DNA of 64,000 nt from Octopus vulgaris (taxonomy: Eukaryota): assembly GCA_951406725.2 (NCBI GenBank), contig OX597836.1, forward strand, positions 21,390,001 through 21,454,000, in the 5' to 3' direction. Under the pieces are notes generated by a model. That model did not search any database. It was not told where the DNA came from and saw only the letters and a program-made list of their open reading frames with translations. The position numbers were made by a program, and so were the translations under genes. Position 1 is the stretch's first letter. Each line of letters starts with the position of its first letter. Shown here piece after piece: positions 40,858 to 53,067 of this stretch.

Positions 40858-41321
40858 TATCCTACTAAAATTCGAAGGAGCTGTGTGGTTTTTTTTTATC
40901 AAGGGCTAGTCACATATTCATGGATACCTGCTATTAGAACTAATGTATTAATCAGGTGCCGGTCCCTCCGCTCCAATACTACCACCTCTTCTTTTGGTGG
41001 CCCCTGAATGCAAGAATTTTTTGTTGAAACGACACATTAAAAAAACCAGCTTTAACCAAATCCTATGAACAGTTCTACACGTTTTTTTCACTTTCTGATC
41101 AAAGCAAAATGCACAAATATAGATTTTAAAAAATGGAAAAGTAATGAATTTTTTTTTTGTTTTATTTCTATCTCAACAATATTGAAGAATTTTATACTTT
41201 TACAAATTTTACAAGATTTTACTTTTTAACTAAATGTATATACCCAACAGATTGTATGCATGTTTATGAATGTGCATTTGTGTGTGTGTTTACATGTATA
41301 TATATATATATATATATGTAT

Positions 41322-41385
<64 letters not shown>

Positions 41386-41908
41386 GTGTATAGATATGTA
41401 TATATATATATATATATATGTACATATATAGGTATATATGTATATGCATACCTATATTTACGTATATGTGTATGTATGTATATATATATATAAATATACA
41501 TATACATATGTACATCTATATATGTATTATGTACATACCTATATTTACATATATGTGGATATATATATATAAATGCACGCATATATACACACATACTTAA
41601 CATGTTTTAACCAAAATGTCATTTCTAATATCAACTCACTATTTTTAGATTCACTGAAGTTGATAAAAGGAAAAAAAGAAAAATGTGAGGCACTGTGGCT
41701 GTGAGTTTGAATGTGCAAGGTTGTGGTGAGGTGGAGGTATTGGATGGCTGCTGGTGGTGGTGGTGGTGGTGGGTCTAAGCATTGGGTTGTTGACTAGAAA
41801 GCTGTGAGTCCAAAGTTTGATCCAGCGATTAATTGATTTAATTAATTAATTATAATAGTTGTTCTGTCTCAGAAATGGGGAACATATTTACTCAGCTTTA
41901 ATAATAGT

Positions 41909-42222
41909 GGAGGCACAATGGCCCAGTGGTTAGGGCAGTGGACTTGCAGTTGGAGGATCGCGGTTTCAATTCCCACACTGAGCGTTGTGTATGTTTATTA
42001 AGCAAAAACACCTAAAGCTCCATGAGGCTTCAGCAGGTGGTGGTGGCAACCCCTGTTGTACTCTTTCGCCCCAACTTTCTTTCACTATCTCTTCCTGTTT
42101 ATTGAGTAACGGTGCGATGGACTGGCGTCCTGGCCAGCTGGGGGGAACATATATGCCACAGAAACCGGGAAATCGGGCCCATGAGCCTGGCTAGGCTTGA
42201 AAAGGGCGCATAAGTAAATAAA
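41909..42222 (+). mobile_element. tRNA-derived SINE family D
   Basis: A-box TGGCCCAGTGG and B-box GGTTTCAATTCC, ~240-bp body, TAAA-repeat tail. Confidence 0.7.
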
Positions 42223-43165
42223 TTAATAATAGAAGGAATTTTTAATGATTTTTTTTCTTTAATGAATGAATGAATGAATGAATGAATGATAATAAAAAAG
42301 AAAAAGTAACAAATTGTAAACGTAAAATTTCAGGAAAAATGACCCCACTTAAACAAACCCTGATCACCTCTCCCCAAACAATCCTTCCATCAGATTGTGT
42401 TATTAGCTTCAGTGAACCCAAAAGAATAAGCAAAAAATAATGCCTCACTTTTAGTTGTATAACTGATACTAGAAATGACATCAGTCTATAAAGTCATACC
42501 TATGTTTAATCCCCACTCTGTAGCAGTGAGACAGCCCTTTATAAACTCCCTGCTATTGTCTATTCAAATGAGGGACCACATGTTTTTTTTTTTTTGTTTT
42601 TTAAAAAATTTTTTTTTTTCTTTCACATTTAAAATCCTAGAAAGCATGTTCCAGAATTAAATCTGGGATAGTCATGTATGGCTGTTTCCCAATTCCCATT
42701 TCATGAGTTATTCAACTCCACCCCACTTCCTTTAAAAAAAAAGAACAAAACATCTGATATATTTCTGTGTCTTATCTGAGTTCCCAGGCCTATCAGTTAA
42801 CCCGTCAACCATTTTTTTATATTGGTCTACCTCCGCCGGGACTGACTACATGGGTCTCTACTCAGATGAAAAAGAAAAAAAAAGCTGGCAAAGGGGTGAA
42901 TACCACTTGGCATTATTGACAACAACAACAACATCAATGCATGCTCTGAAGAATTCCATTCCTGTAACCCTTCAAAATGCCAAGATGAAATATAGGGTGC
43001 AATGTTATGAAGAAAAACCCCAAAATGTTCTCTAATCTTTTTTTGATTTCCGTTGTTCTGTGTTTGTTTGATATAAACTATTCCAATGAAATATTGTTGG
43101 TGTTGTTCATTTTAAAGACTGTTGTGTACTTCTGTTATTATAATAATAATAATAATAATAATTGC

Positions 43166-43322
43166 AGCCATTTAAGAAACACACAAAACCGTTAGATTCA
43201 CTTCAACATTTAAATTTAATTTGTCAAAATATTTCGCGGTCTCAAAGCGACGAAAATATTTTGACAAATTAAATTTAAATATTGAAGTGAATCTGACGGT
43301 TTTGTGTGTTTCTTAAATGGCT
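43166..43322. repeat. Inverted repeat with ~70-bp arms
   Basis: AGCCATTTAAGAAACACACAAAACCG...GTCAAAATATTT pairs with AAAATATTTTGAC...CGGTTTTGTGTGTTTCTTAAATGGCT. Confidence 0.92.
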
Positions 43323-44507
43323 TATAAACGCTTTCCACACTGCAATTGTTTTCGTTCCAGCACACGATCTCAGATCAAGTCACTCGCTATGCAAGTACAT
43401 CTCCGTAAATAATAATAATAATTGTTATTATTATTGAGTGAGAGAGCAGTGCATGCCATAAAAGTGACACTGGGGTACAAATAAATGAAGTCCAATATGC
43501 TCACCATAACTGCTTGTCTGATAAATGTGTACTAGGCACATGCATCACAAACATATGTACGTGACATGGTGATCTCATATCAAGATAAACAGCGTATGAC
43601 CTTGCAGGTGGGGCCCAGTTAGAATTTTCATCAGGTCGGGTAGCCCATCCCACTCAGAAGATCCCTGAATAAGGTTTGTTTGGGGATGATGAACAAAACA
43701 CCCATGTTTCCAGAGGTGAATTATTCAAACCCCAAAGAATCCTTCTCAACACATAGCTATGATGTTCTCCCACTACTTCTGCTCATGATCAGCAATGCAC
43801 ATATTTTCAGCCACCAACTGGTTAAGGCCAAACAACTGACAAGCAAATCTGTGGTATTGAGCAGAATATTTGCTGTAGCCCATCTTTTATACCAAGACAA
43901 AACAAGTACATGATAACACCTCCAATCAGTTAAGGTCAAAAACCATGAGAGTCACCGCCTTCTTTGGAGCAGGTGAGGAGTGGTGTTTTCACAGCATGGA
44001 TTATCTCTTTGTCTCTGGTTCAAAGTGATGATCCCAACACTCATCTTGGGTTATGTAACATTCAAGGAAACCAGCTGGATCTGCCTCAAGTAATGTCAGA
44101 TTTTTCCCATGATGTGATCAGACTAGTGTGCTTCAGATCAGGCGTTAGAAGACATGGCATCCACCAAGCAGAAACATTTATCATGGCAAGTTCAAAGTAC
44201 AGATTATTATTAATCTCTCTCACGGGATATGCTAATAGCACTGGCTGTTTGATTTATAGTTAATTATCTATCATCCATCACCATGTGGAGCTACATACTT
44301 GTTGCATGTGTGTACATGTGCATGTGTGTGTGTGTATGCATGTGTGTGTATGTGGTATAACTTGTTTATCAGTTTTAATTACAATTACAAAATATTTCAA
44401 AAGACGAGGAGGTCAGGTTGACATGCATTGAGATTGGTATGCATACATTCATGTATACACATATACATATACATGCATCCATATATACTTGTTTGCATAT
44501 ATACATT

Positions 44508-44538
<31 letters not shown>

Positions 44539-44539
44539 G

Positions 44540-45420
44540 TCATCATGGCATTGACTGATGAAGCATGATGTTGTTGCTAGGATACTATATAATGAGATCC
44601 ATTAAAAGGATAACTCTGAGGCCAAAGAAATAAGAATCTATAGTATGGTAGAAGCCATAGCCACTCATAATAAAAAGGAGTACTGGTGGAATGTTCCAAT
44701 GAAAACCTCAATAAAATGTAAACTTATATTTCCTTACTACCCACAAGGGGCTAAACACAGAGGGGACAAACAAGGACAGACAGGGATTAAGTCGATTACA
44801 TCGACCCCTGTGCGTAACTCGTACTTAATTTATCGACCTTGAAAGGATGAAAGACAAAGTCGACCACGGCGGAATTTGAACTTGGAACGTAACGGCAGAC
44901 GAAATATGGCTACACATTTCGCTTGGCGTGCTAACGTTTCTGCCAGCTTGCCGCCTTCAAAATGTAAACATAATAGACCTGACATAGTGATTTGGGATAG
45001 AGAAGACAAACTGTGTACAGTTGTGGAAATCAGCTGTGCAGCAGATGTTAACATAAAGCCAAAGATCAGTGAAAAAGAAAACACCTACTCTGCACTACTG
45101 AGGTATTCGCAGTTACTCAATCCAAATTACAAGTTCAGGTTTATACCTGTAATTATTGAGGCACACTGCTTAAATACCAAACTTGAAAAATTAGGCTTCT
45201 CAAAACCAGGAAGGAGAAAGTTGATTTGAAGATTACAGATCCAAGCTGTCACTGGAACTAAAAATCTGTAAAACTTTCCAGAGGTTTATTGTGTAAGAAT
45301 ATATGAGAATGTCTAGACATGCAACTATTTGCATGAGAAGACACACATAAAACAAAACACCAACCTACACATAATACATACAAACAAAAATACCCTGTTG
45401 ATGTTGTTGAAATTCCAATA
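44540..45420 (+). mobile_element. Non-LTR retrotransposon 3' remnant with restriction-like endonuclease (R2/R4/NeSL group)
   Basis: KHDVVARILY...EYWWNVPMKTSIKCK[SINE]HNRPDIVIWDREDKLCTVVEISC...KENTY, the (R/K)HD...PD...E...K..Y signature of RLE domains. Confidence 0.82.
44724..44958 (-). mobile_element. SINE family C with 11-bp TSD, inserted in the RLE LINE
   Basis: Reverse complement of 40626-40857; AAAATGTAAAC at 44713-44723 and 44959-44969. Confidence 0.9.
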
Positions 45421-46727
45421 TATATATATATATCATCATCATCATCGTTTAACGTCCGTTTTCCGCGCTATCACGGGTTGGACAGTTCGACCGGGGTCTG
45501 GGAAGCCAGGGGCTGCACCAGGTTCCAGTCTGATCTGGCAGTCTTTCTACAGCTGGATGCCCTTCCTAACGCCAACCACTCCGCGAGTGTAGTGGGTGCT
45601 TTTTACGTGCCACCTGCACAGGTGCCAGGGGAGTCTGGCATCGGCCACGATCAGTTGGTGCTATATATATATATATTTGTGTGTATACACACATACATAC
45701 TCACACACACACACATACAGGCAGACAGATAGGAACCATTCTTTCTCTAAAAACCTATCAGGACACATTGGATAAGATAGTCCTAGAAAGATTGTGTTGG
45801 AAGGAAAATAGACAAGATGATCAAGAGTGAAATACACTTGATCAAAGGCCTGCTTGATAAGGTCTGACTTAGGGCTAAAAAAATACAATGGTAATGAGAT
45901 AATACTGGAGCCTCTATGTGGTTGCTTGACATGCTAAAAATAACAACAGAATCTACCTTATATATTATGCTATGATTAAAAAGGAAGGACATCTTCCTAA
46001 ATAAATGGAAGATAGATTTAACAGTTTGTGGTGTAATTAGTAGAAGCACTTTGAGGTTAAAATGGATGGGAACGTAATGGCTGGAATGTCTTTGACGGGT
46101 TTCTGTTACAGTGAATGTCACAGTTGGAACACTTTGATCATGTCTTGTTTGAACAGGAATGTCCTAGGGTTAAAGAATAAGAACTCTTTATGATTTACAT
46201 CAATAAGGAATATGAAAGAAAGGAAGGTTGAGAACCACATGAAAAGATAAAGCTTGACTGTGTTCTAAAATAATAACCATATCTGCACTTGCATAGACGC
46301 TCTTGACAGAAGAGGTGATGCATCTGTCAGTGTACATTATTATTATTGCAGCAATGAAACAAGTGGATCATGTATTGAAGCTGCAGAAATGTTAAGGAAG
46401 AAAATAATTAATGAACAGATTAGGGGTAGACAACAGCAGAAACTGCAGGTCCAATTATATATATATATATGAAAATAGTAATGCAATACGAGAGTATTGC
46501 TTTCCAGTAAAGGATAGCCCGTGAGGGTAAAATTATACATATAAAAGTAAATAAAAGTAAATAACTATCGGTGCTTCGTTGTGCCATTTATTTACTTTTA
46601 TATATATATATATATATATACAAAATTTAGAGGATTTTGTATGTAACACAATTTTTCATATTCGGATTTTTTTAAATATGCTAAGCCACTGGTTTTAATT
46701 GATTAATATCAATTTCTACCCTTATTA

Positions 46728-46783
<56 letters not shown>

Positions 46784-47228
46784 AATGAGGGTGAAAAATT
46801 GATATTAATTTAATAATACTATTAATTTAACACCTAGTGGCTTAGCACAAAAAACTAGGGAGAAAATACAAATTTATACATAAATTATTAGAGTTACCAC
46901 TATGTGGATAGCTCTAGTGCTAAAAATAGCTCCGATAGTATAGCCACAGAAACGATGTTTCCAACTAGAAATAACATTACATTTAACGATATATATATAT
47001 ATGGAAAATTCACAAAAAAAAAAACAAAAGACGAAGACAGGTGGTGTAGACAACAAACAGATGTATTAGTATAATGCTAGGGAAGTGAAAAAGTCTTTAA
47101 TGTTTCGAGCCTACGCTCTTCTACGGAAAGAAACAAGGAGAGAAAATAAAGAATGTATAGTGGCTAGCGATCTATCATTGTGAATGCCGGACAGAGGGGT
47201 CATGCGGGAGAGCGAGTGATTATATATA

Positions 47229-47457
47229 TAGGGTCGGCCAAAAGTCACCTGGCAGTAAATCGAAAATCCATAAATACTATCTGTAATTCTGTATTGACTC
47301 AAATAGAAAAATGTGTCGCTCAAGAAGGATTTCAGTTTGAACAATTTTCATGATGTTTCATATTTAGATGCTTTTATTAAATTCATTCAGTTGTTAGACA
47401 TAAACCTTGGAATAAAATGGTTTTGATTTACTGTCAGGTGACTTTTGGCCATCCCTG
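47229..47457. mobile_element. Tc1/mariner-type MITE
   Basis: ~35-bp imperfect TIRs, TAGGGTCGGCCAAAAGTCACCTGGCAGTAAATC and GATTTACTGTCAGGTGACTTTTGGCCATCCCTG, flanked by TA. Confidence 0.85.
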
Positions 47458-47665
47458 TATGTCAGTCATTAAGATAGTGCTTGCTGTGGCTATTGAGTTG
47501 TTTTGATTCCTGTTTCTAGCAATACAGGTGCTGATTAGTACCCTTAGTCACTAAAGTGACTTTTACAACCTTTAGGTTGTAAAATTGCGTATTAGCCACC
47601 CATGTTATCAATATACATATATATATATATAATCAAAATAAGCAGCAAGAATATCTTTGGTAATT

Positions 47666-47749
47666 TGGTACGATCGTTTCACGCTACATCATTTTATTAA
47701 ACATTGTAAGTATTACATCAGTTTTAAAATGTTGAGCAATCATCAGCCA
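47666..47749 (-). ncRNA. Type I hammerhead ribozyme motif (Penelope-like element type)
   Basis: Minus strand reads UGG-CUGAUGA-UUGCUCAACAUUUUA...UAAAAUGAUGUAGCGU-GAAA-CGAUCG-UA-CCA. Stem I UGG/CCA; long stem II whose first pair is U-U. Confidence 0.72.
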
Positions 47750-48420
47750 TTTATAGAGGTTTTCCTTTACTAGCTCCAGTGCTGGTGGGACATAAAAGGC
47801 ACTAAATGATCGTGACCGATGCCAGTACCCACTGACTGGCTCCTGTGCTGGTGGCACATAAAATTCACCATCATTGCCAGGCCTATCTTACTGGCTCCTG
47901 TGCATGCTGGTGGATCATAAAAAGCACCCACTATAATCTTGGTGTGGTTGGCATTAGGAAGAGCATCCAGTTGTAAAAACTCTGCCAGACCAGATTGGAG
48001 CCTGGTGCAGCCGCTGGCTCTCCAAACCTCAGAAAACTGTCCAACGCATGCCAGAATGGGAAATGGACGTTAACCGCTGATGCTGATGATGATAATGATG
48101 ATGAAACAAGTGACTTCAAAGTTTTGGCCTGCTAAGACATCATTGGAAATTTTGAAGTCATTGTCAACAACATTCATGTTTAAGAGTAATAAATTTTTAG
48201 TCTTCAAAAGTATAGCGTAATCCATCAGATTAATGGACCATTGGTTTTATTATAATTGAACATAGATACAAATATATATATATATATGTACATACATGCA
48301 TATATATATGTATAAAGTTAATCCAAACATGAAAACACAAAGAGAAAACACAACAACGCGAGGACGTGGAACAAGTATAGTGTTATTGGATGCTAAGGAA
48401 AGGAAAGAAAGAAGAAAGGA

Positions 48421-48453
48421 TTTAATGTTTCGAGCGGAACTCTTCGTCAGAAA
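48421..48453 (-). ncRNA. Minimal hammerhead-like motif
   Basis: Minus strand reads UUU-CUGACGA-A-GAG-UUCCG-CUC-GAAA-CA-UU-AAA. Confidence 0.5.
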
Positions 48454-49015
48454 CATAGGAAAAGGCAAAGATCCAAGGAAGGGAAGACGGAGGAAAAAAA
48501 AAATCGCCAACGATACACATGCGGTCACATATTGAATGACCAGAAGGGAATGGGTGAAGAAAAAGTTCTTTCAAAGACAGGAGAGTGCAGGCATGATGAG
48601 AGTGTGTGAATGTCTGTGTAGGTGTAAATGGTGGCGACAAAAGGAGAAAAGTGAAAGTAGAAGAAGAAAGGTAAAAAGAGGACGAGAAAAAGTGGAAGAG
48701 TCACGATATATATATATATAATTGTAGTTATACAAGAATGAGAGGTAGAAAAAGACTTTGTACCTAATTTTCAGCACAAGTTCATTTATTTGTAAAGAAG
48801 ATAATTAAATCACATCTCTCAATCTTTTCCCTGGTTTTATCCAGATATTTAAATATACATTTGTTAGATTTATTATCAGTGAAATCAGTAGAGATAAGAA
48901 AACCTTTGACTCTCCTGAAGAGCTGTTATCATTTTGCTTCTTTTTGGTGGGGAATAAGGATAATCGTGGTGGTAATGATGGTGATGGTGATGGTGTCGGT
49001 AGTGATGGTGGTGAT

Positions 49016-49056
<41 letters not shown>

Positions 49057-49289
49057 ACCAATCAGATATTTTATGAGATAAATGATTTTTTTTCTCTCCT
49101 TAATCTGTGTCCATTTGTGAGTCTATTAACTATCTCAGTGTGTCAAAGTGTCTGGCTGTCTATGTGTATATGTGTATTTGTTTATGTAGCAAAGTCTTTC
49201 CCTCCCTCTTTCCCCTCTTTTATCTTCTCTGTCACATTATTTTCTTTATCAAACATCAGTTTATCATTCTGTCTATCTGCCCATCTACC

Positions 49290-49560
49290 TGTCGGCTGCC
49301 TACCTGCCTGCCTACCTGCCTGCTTACCTGCCTACCTGCCTGCCTACCTGCCTGCCTACCTCCCAGCCTATCTGCCTGCCTGCCTACATGCCAGCTTACC
49401 TGTCTGCCTACCTGCCTGCCTACCTGCCTGCCTACCTCCCAGCCTATCTGCCTGCCTGCCTACCTGCCAGCTTACCTGCCTGCCTACCTGCCTGCCTACC
49501 TCCCAGCCTATCTGCCTGCCTGCCTACATGTCTGCCTACCTGCTTGCCTACATGCTAGCT
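49290..49560. repeat. (CCTG/CCTA)n tetranucleotide repeat
   Basis: Direct inspection. Confidence 0.9.
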
Positions 49561-49813
49561 TATTGGTTTTTATGTCTGTCTCCCTGTTTGCCTGTCTCAT
49601 CGATCCCTCTTACTTGTTTCAGTCGTTAGACCGTGGCCATGCTGGGGCACTGCATTGAACTTTTAGTTGAATGAATCAACCCCAGTACTTATTTATTTAT
49701 TAAACCTGGTACTCATTCTATTGGTCTCTTTTGCTGAACCTCTAAGTTACTATGACATAAACACACCAACACTGGTTGTCAAGTGGTGATTGGGGGACAA
49801 ATACAGACACAAA

Positions 49814-49858
<45 letters not shown>

Positions 49859-50191
49859 ACATACACACATATGACAGGCTTCTTTCAGTTTCCACCTATC
49901 AAATCTACTCACAAGGTCTGAGGCTATAGTAGATGGCACTTGTCCAAGGTGCCATGAAGTGGGACTGAACCCGGAACTTGTGTTTGGGAAGCAAGCTTCT
50001 TTATTTCATTAAATTTGCCACAAGGGCAGTACAGAGAAGCAATGCGGGCTGGACAAACACATTAATGAGATGAGGAATGATATGTATGAATGTAAAAAAT
50101 GGGTGGGGTATTCGGTGCCCGCCAACCGAACACCCCTCCAAATCACAGTTTCTTAATAATATACAATAATTTAAAATATATCAATATACAT

Positions 50192-50594
50192 CAGGAGTGG
50201 CTGTGTGGTAAGTAGCTTGTTTACCAACCACATGGTACCGGGTTCAGTCCCACTGCGTGGCACCTTGAGCAAGTGTCTTCTACTATAGCCTCGGGCTGAC
50301 CAAAGCCTTGTGAGTGGATTTGGTAGACGGAAACTGAAAGAAGCCCGTCGTATATATATATATATATATATATGTGTGCGTGTTTGTGTGTCTGTGTTTG
50401 TCCCCCTAGCATTGCTTGACAACCGATGCTGGTGCGTTTATGTCCCCGTTACTTAGCGGTTCGGCAAAAGAGACTGATAGAATAAGTACTGGGCTTACAA
50501 AGAATAAGTCCCGGGGTCGAGTTGCTCGATTAAAGGCGGTGCTCCAGCATGGCCGCAGTCAAATGACTGAAACAAGTAAAAGAGTAAAGAGTAA
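50192..50594 (+). mobile_element. SINE family A (tRNA-like head, central TA/TG microsatellite, AGTAAAAG-repeat tail), representative copy
   Basis: A-box TGGCTGTGTGG and B-box GGTTCAGTCC. Other + copies at about 14983-15345, 25797-26137, 56901-57325, 59218-59598 and 61688-62071. Confidence 0.9.
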
Positions 50595-51442
50595 TGCTTT
50601 TCAATTACAAAAATTAATTACAAAAATTAACCTTCGTCCGAAACCCCACACAAATACCCTGCTGACATCAGACAAACCTGCATCGTTGGGGCGGGGTCCA
50701 TGAAGAGGAAGGTATAACTCTCTATTGAGAAGCTCCCCTTCTTACCACACAGCCACACCTGTGCCTATAGCATATTACTATATACGTCTGTCTGTCTGTC
50801 TCTCTCTCTTTTACTTGTTTCAGTCAGTTGACTGCGGCCATGCTGGAGCACCGCCTTTAGTCGAGCAAATCGACCCCGGGACTTATTCTTTGTAAGCCCA
50901 GTACTTATTCTGTCGATCTCTTTTGCCGAACCGCTAAGTGACGGGGACATAAACACACCAGCATCGGTTGTCAAGCAATGCTAGGGGGGACAAACACAGA
51001 CACACAAACATACACGCACATATATATATATTTATATATATACATATATACGACGGGCTTCTTTCAGTTTCCATCTACCAAATCCACTCACAAGGCTTTG
51101 GTCGGCCCGAGGCTATAGCAGAAAACACTTGCCCAAGGTGCCACGCAGTGGGACTGAACCCGGAACCATGTGGTTGGTAAGCAAGCTACTTACCACACAG
51201 CCACTACTGCGCCTATATTTGTCTGTCTAGCTGCCCAATTATCTATCTATTTGTCTGTCTGTCTGTCTATCTGTCAGACTGTCTCAGTCTGTCTACCTCT
51301 GTCTATATTTGTCTATCTAGCTGTCCAATTAGCTATCTGTCTGTGTATCTATCAGTCTGTTTGCCCATCTGCTTATGTATGTATGTATGTATATATGGAT
51401 GGATGGATGGATGGATGTATGTATGCATGCTTGTATTTATCT

Positions 51443-51907
51443 ATAATAATAATAATAATAATGAAATTATTGTATACAGTGCTCAGGTGCACCACAACTT
51501 GTCAGAAAGTGCATATAAAGTACATGCAGTAATGTAGAAATGTCTGGAAAGTGAACAGTGCATGAGTCAGATACATGCTTGTGTGTGTATGGAGGGGAGA
51601 AAATCAAGTGTAGTGTTGGCGAATCTCAGAAAGCATGGAAGTTTTGAAGGATGCAGTGCTCCGACAACTAACAACTGATGCCGGCAGTTTGTTCCATGCT
51701 TCAGCAACTCTTAGCGTGAAAAAATGTTTCCTGAAGTCATGGGAGCTGTGCTGTTTTCTTACTTTGTAAATATGTCCACGGGTGTTAGATGGGTGGAGTT
51801 TGAAGAGGTGCTCAGAGTTATTGTTTGTGCGATGGTTGATAATTTTATGGGTGTCTGCCAAGTCAACTGCCAGACGTCGGAGTTTCAATGTGTCCATGCC
51901 CAGGGAA
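51443..51907 (-). mobile_element. CR1-group LINE ORF2 C-terminus and (ATT)n tail
   Basis: ORF 51604-51897 encodes LRRLAVDL...NTRGHIYKV...FFTLRVAEAWNKLP. Confidence 0.9.
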
Positions 51908-51990
51908 CTATCTATCTATCTGTCTGTCTGTCTGTCTTTCTGTCTGTAGACCTGTCTGTCTGTCTCTCTGCCTGTCTGTTTATCTGTCTG

Positions 51991-52097
<107 letters not shown>

Positions 52098-52344
52098 GTT
52101 TATCTATCTATCTACCTCTCTACCCATCTTTCTCTTTATTTGCCGTTGCTTTCTGTTTATTCTCCTCCTCACCACCACCACCACCGCCACCTCAAGCAAT
52201 CATAATAGCCAGTTCAACAATCAATTTGTGTTCTTGCCTTTTTCTTCTTTTTTTTTTATCACCTTTCTGTTGAACTGTAAATTATAACGTAATTGCAAAC
52301 TTTGATCTTATAAACAGTGGGTCTGATAGTCTGGACTTTCTCTT

Positions 52345-52393
<49 letters not shown>

Positions 52394-52407
52394 CTCTCTC
52401 TCTTTCC

Positions 52408-52438
<31 letters not shown>

Positions 52439-52769
52439 CCTCTCTCTCTCCCCCCTCTCTCTCTTGCTCCGTCCCTCTCTCTCTTCCCCCCTCTCTCTCT
52501 CTCTCGCTCCGTCCCTCTCTGTCCCTCTCTTAGTACCTGTGTGTGTCTGTCTCATTCCATACTTCCACCTCCCTCTCCCTCCTCTCTCCCTCCTCTCTGT
52601 CTCCTTCTCTCTGTTTCTCATCTTCATGTCATCCTCTCTGTCAATCATCCTTTCTCTGTATCTTAATCTTTCATCTCTCTGTTTTTCTCCACCCCTTTCT
52701 CTCTCTCTCTCTCACTCTCTCTCTCTGTATGCAAGCATTTATTCTTTCTTTCTTTCTTTCTTCCTCTTT

Positions 52770-52833
52770 TCAACAAGATTTCATATTTTAAAAAAAATTC
52801 ATATTTCACTAGTTTACCTGGTGTGCAATACAG
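52770..52833 (+). other. Candidate non-coding first exon of the secreted-protein gene (start uncertain)
   Basis: Consensus donor CAG|GTGAGT at 52833/52834 in unique sequence after a long (CT)n tract. The ATG exon at 59022 has a candidate acceptor, which would require an upstream exon. Confidence 0.4.
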
Positions 52834-52901
52834 GTGAGTTGAGCTAATAATAATGCTTTATGACATGTATAAATGTATGTGTATGTGCATGCACACACAC
52901 A

Positions 52902-52937
<36 letters not shown>

Positions 52938-53067
52938 ACACATACACCACACACACACACACGTATGTATGTATATAGCCACTAGACCCTTTGTGTGTGA
53001 GCAGGTACCCACATATTATGTATATATACTCCAACATACCCACATATATATTACATAAATACATATG

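Larger units (their letters stand above)
46400..48720. mobile_element. Cluster of (TA)n-delimited Penelope-like terminal remnants
   Basis: Several 100-400 bp segments separated by (TA)n; three carry hammerhead-like cores. The segment at 46686-46730 recurs at 26750-26793 and in inverted form at about 46787-46848. Confidence 0.45.

Noticed and set aside
41909-41975. tRNA gene
   Set aside because: A and B boxes are present, but there is no proper cloverleaf or terminator and it runs on into a SINE body.
46895-46962. Possible plus-strand hammerhead (TGTGG...CCACA-GAAACGATG); similar GAC...GTC-GAAAC at 12940-12970
   Set aside because: A stem and GAAAC are present, but there is no CUGANGA core upstream.
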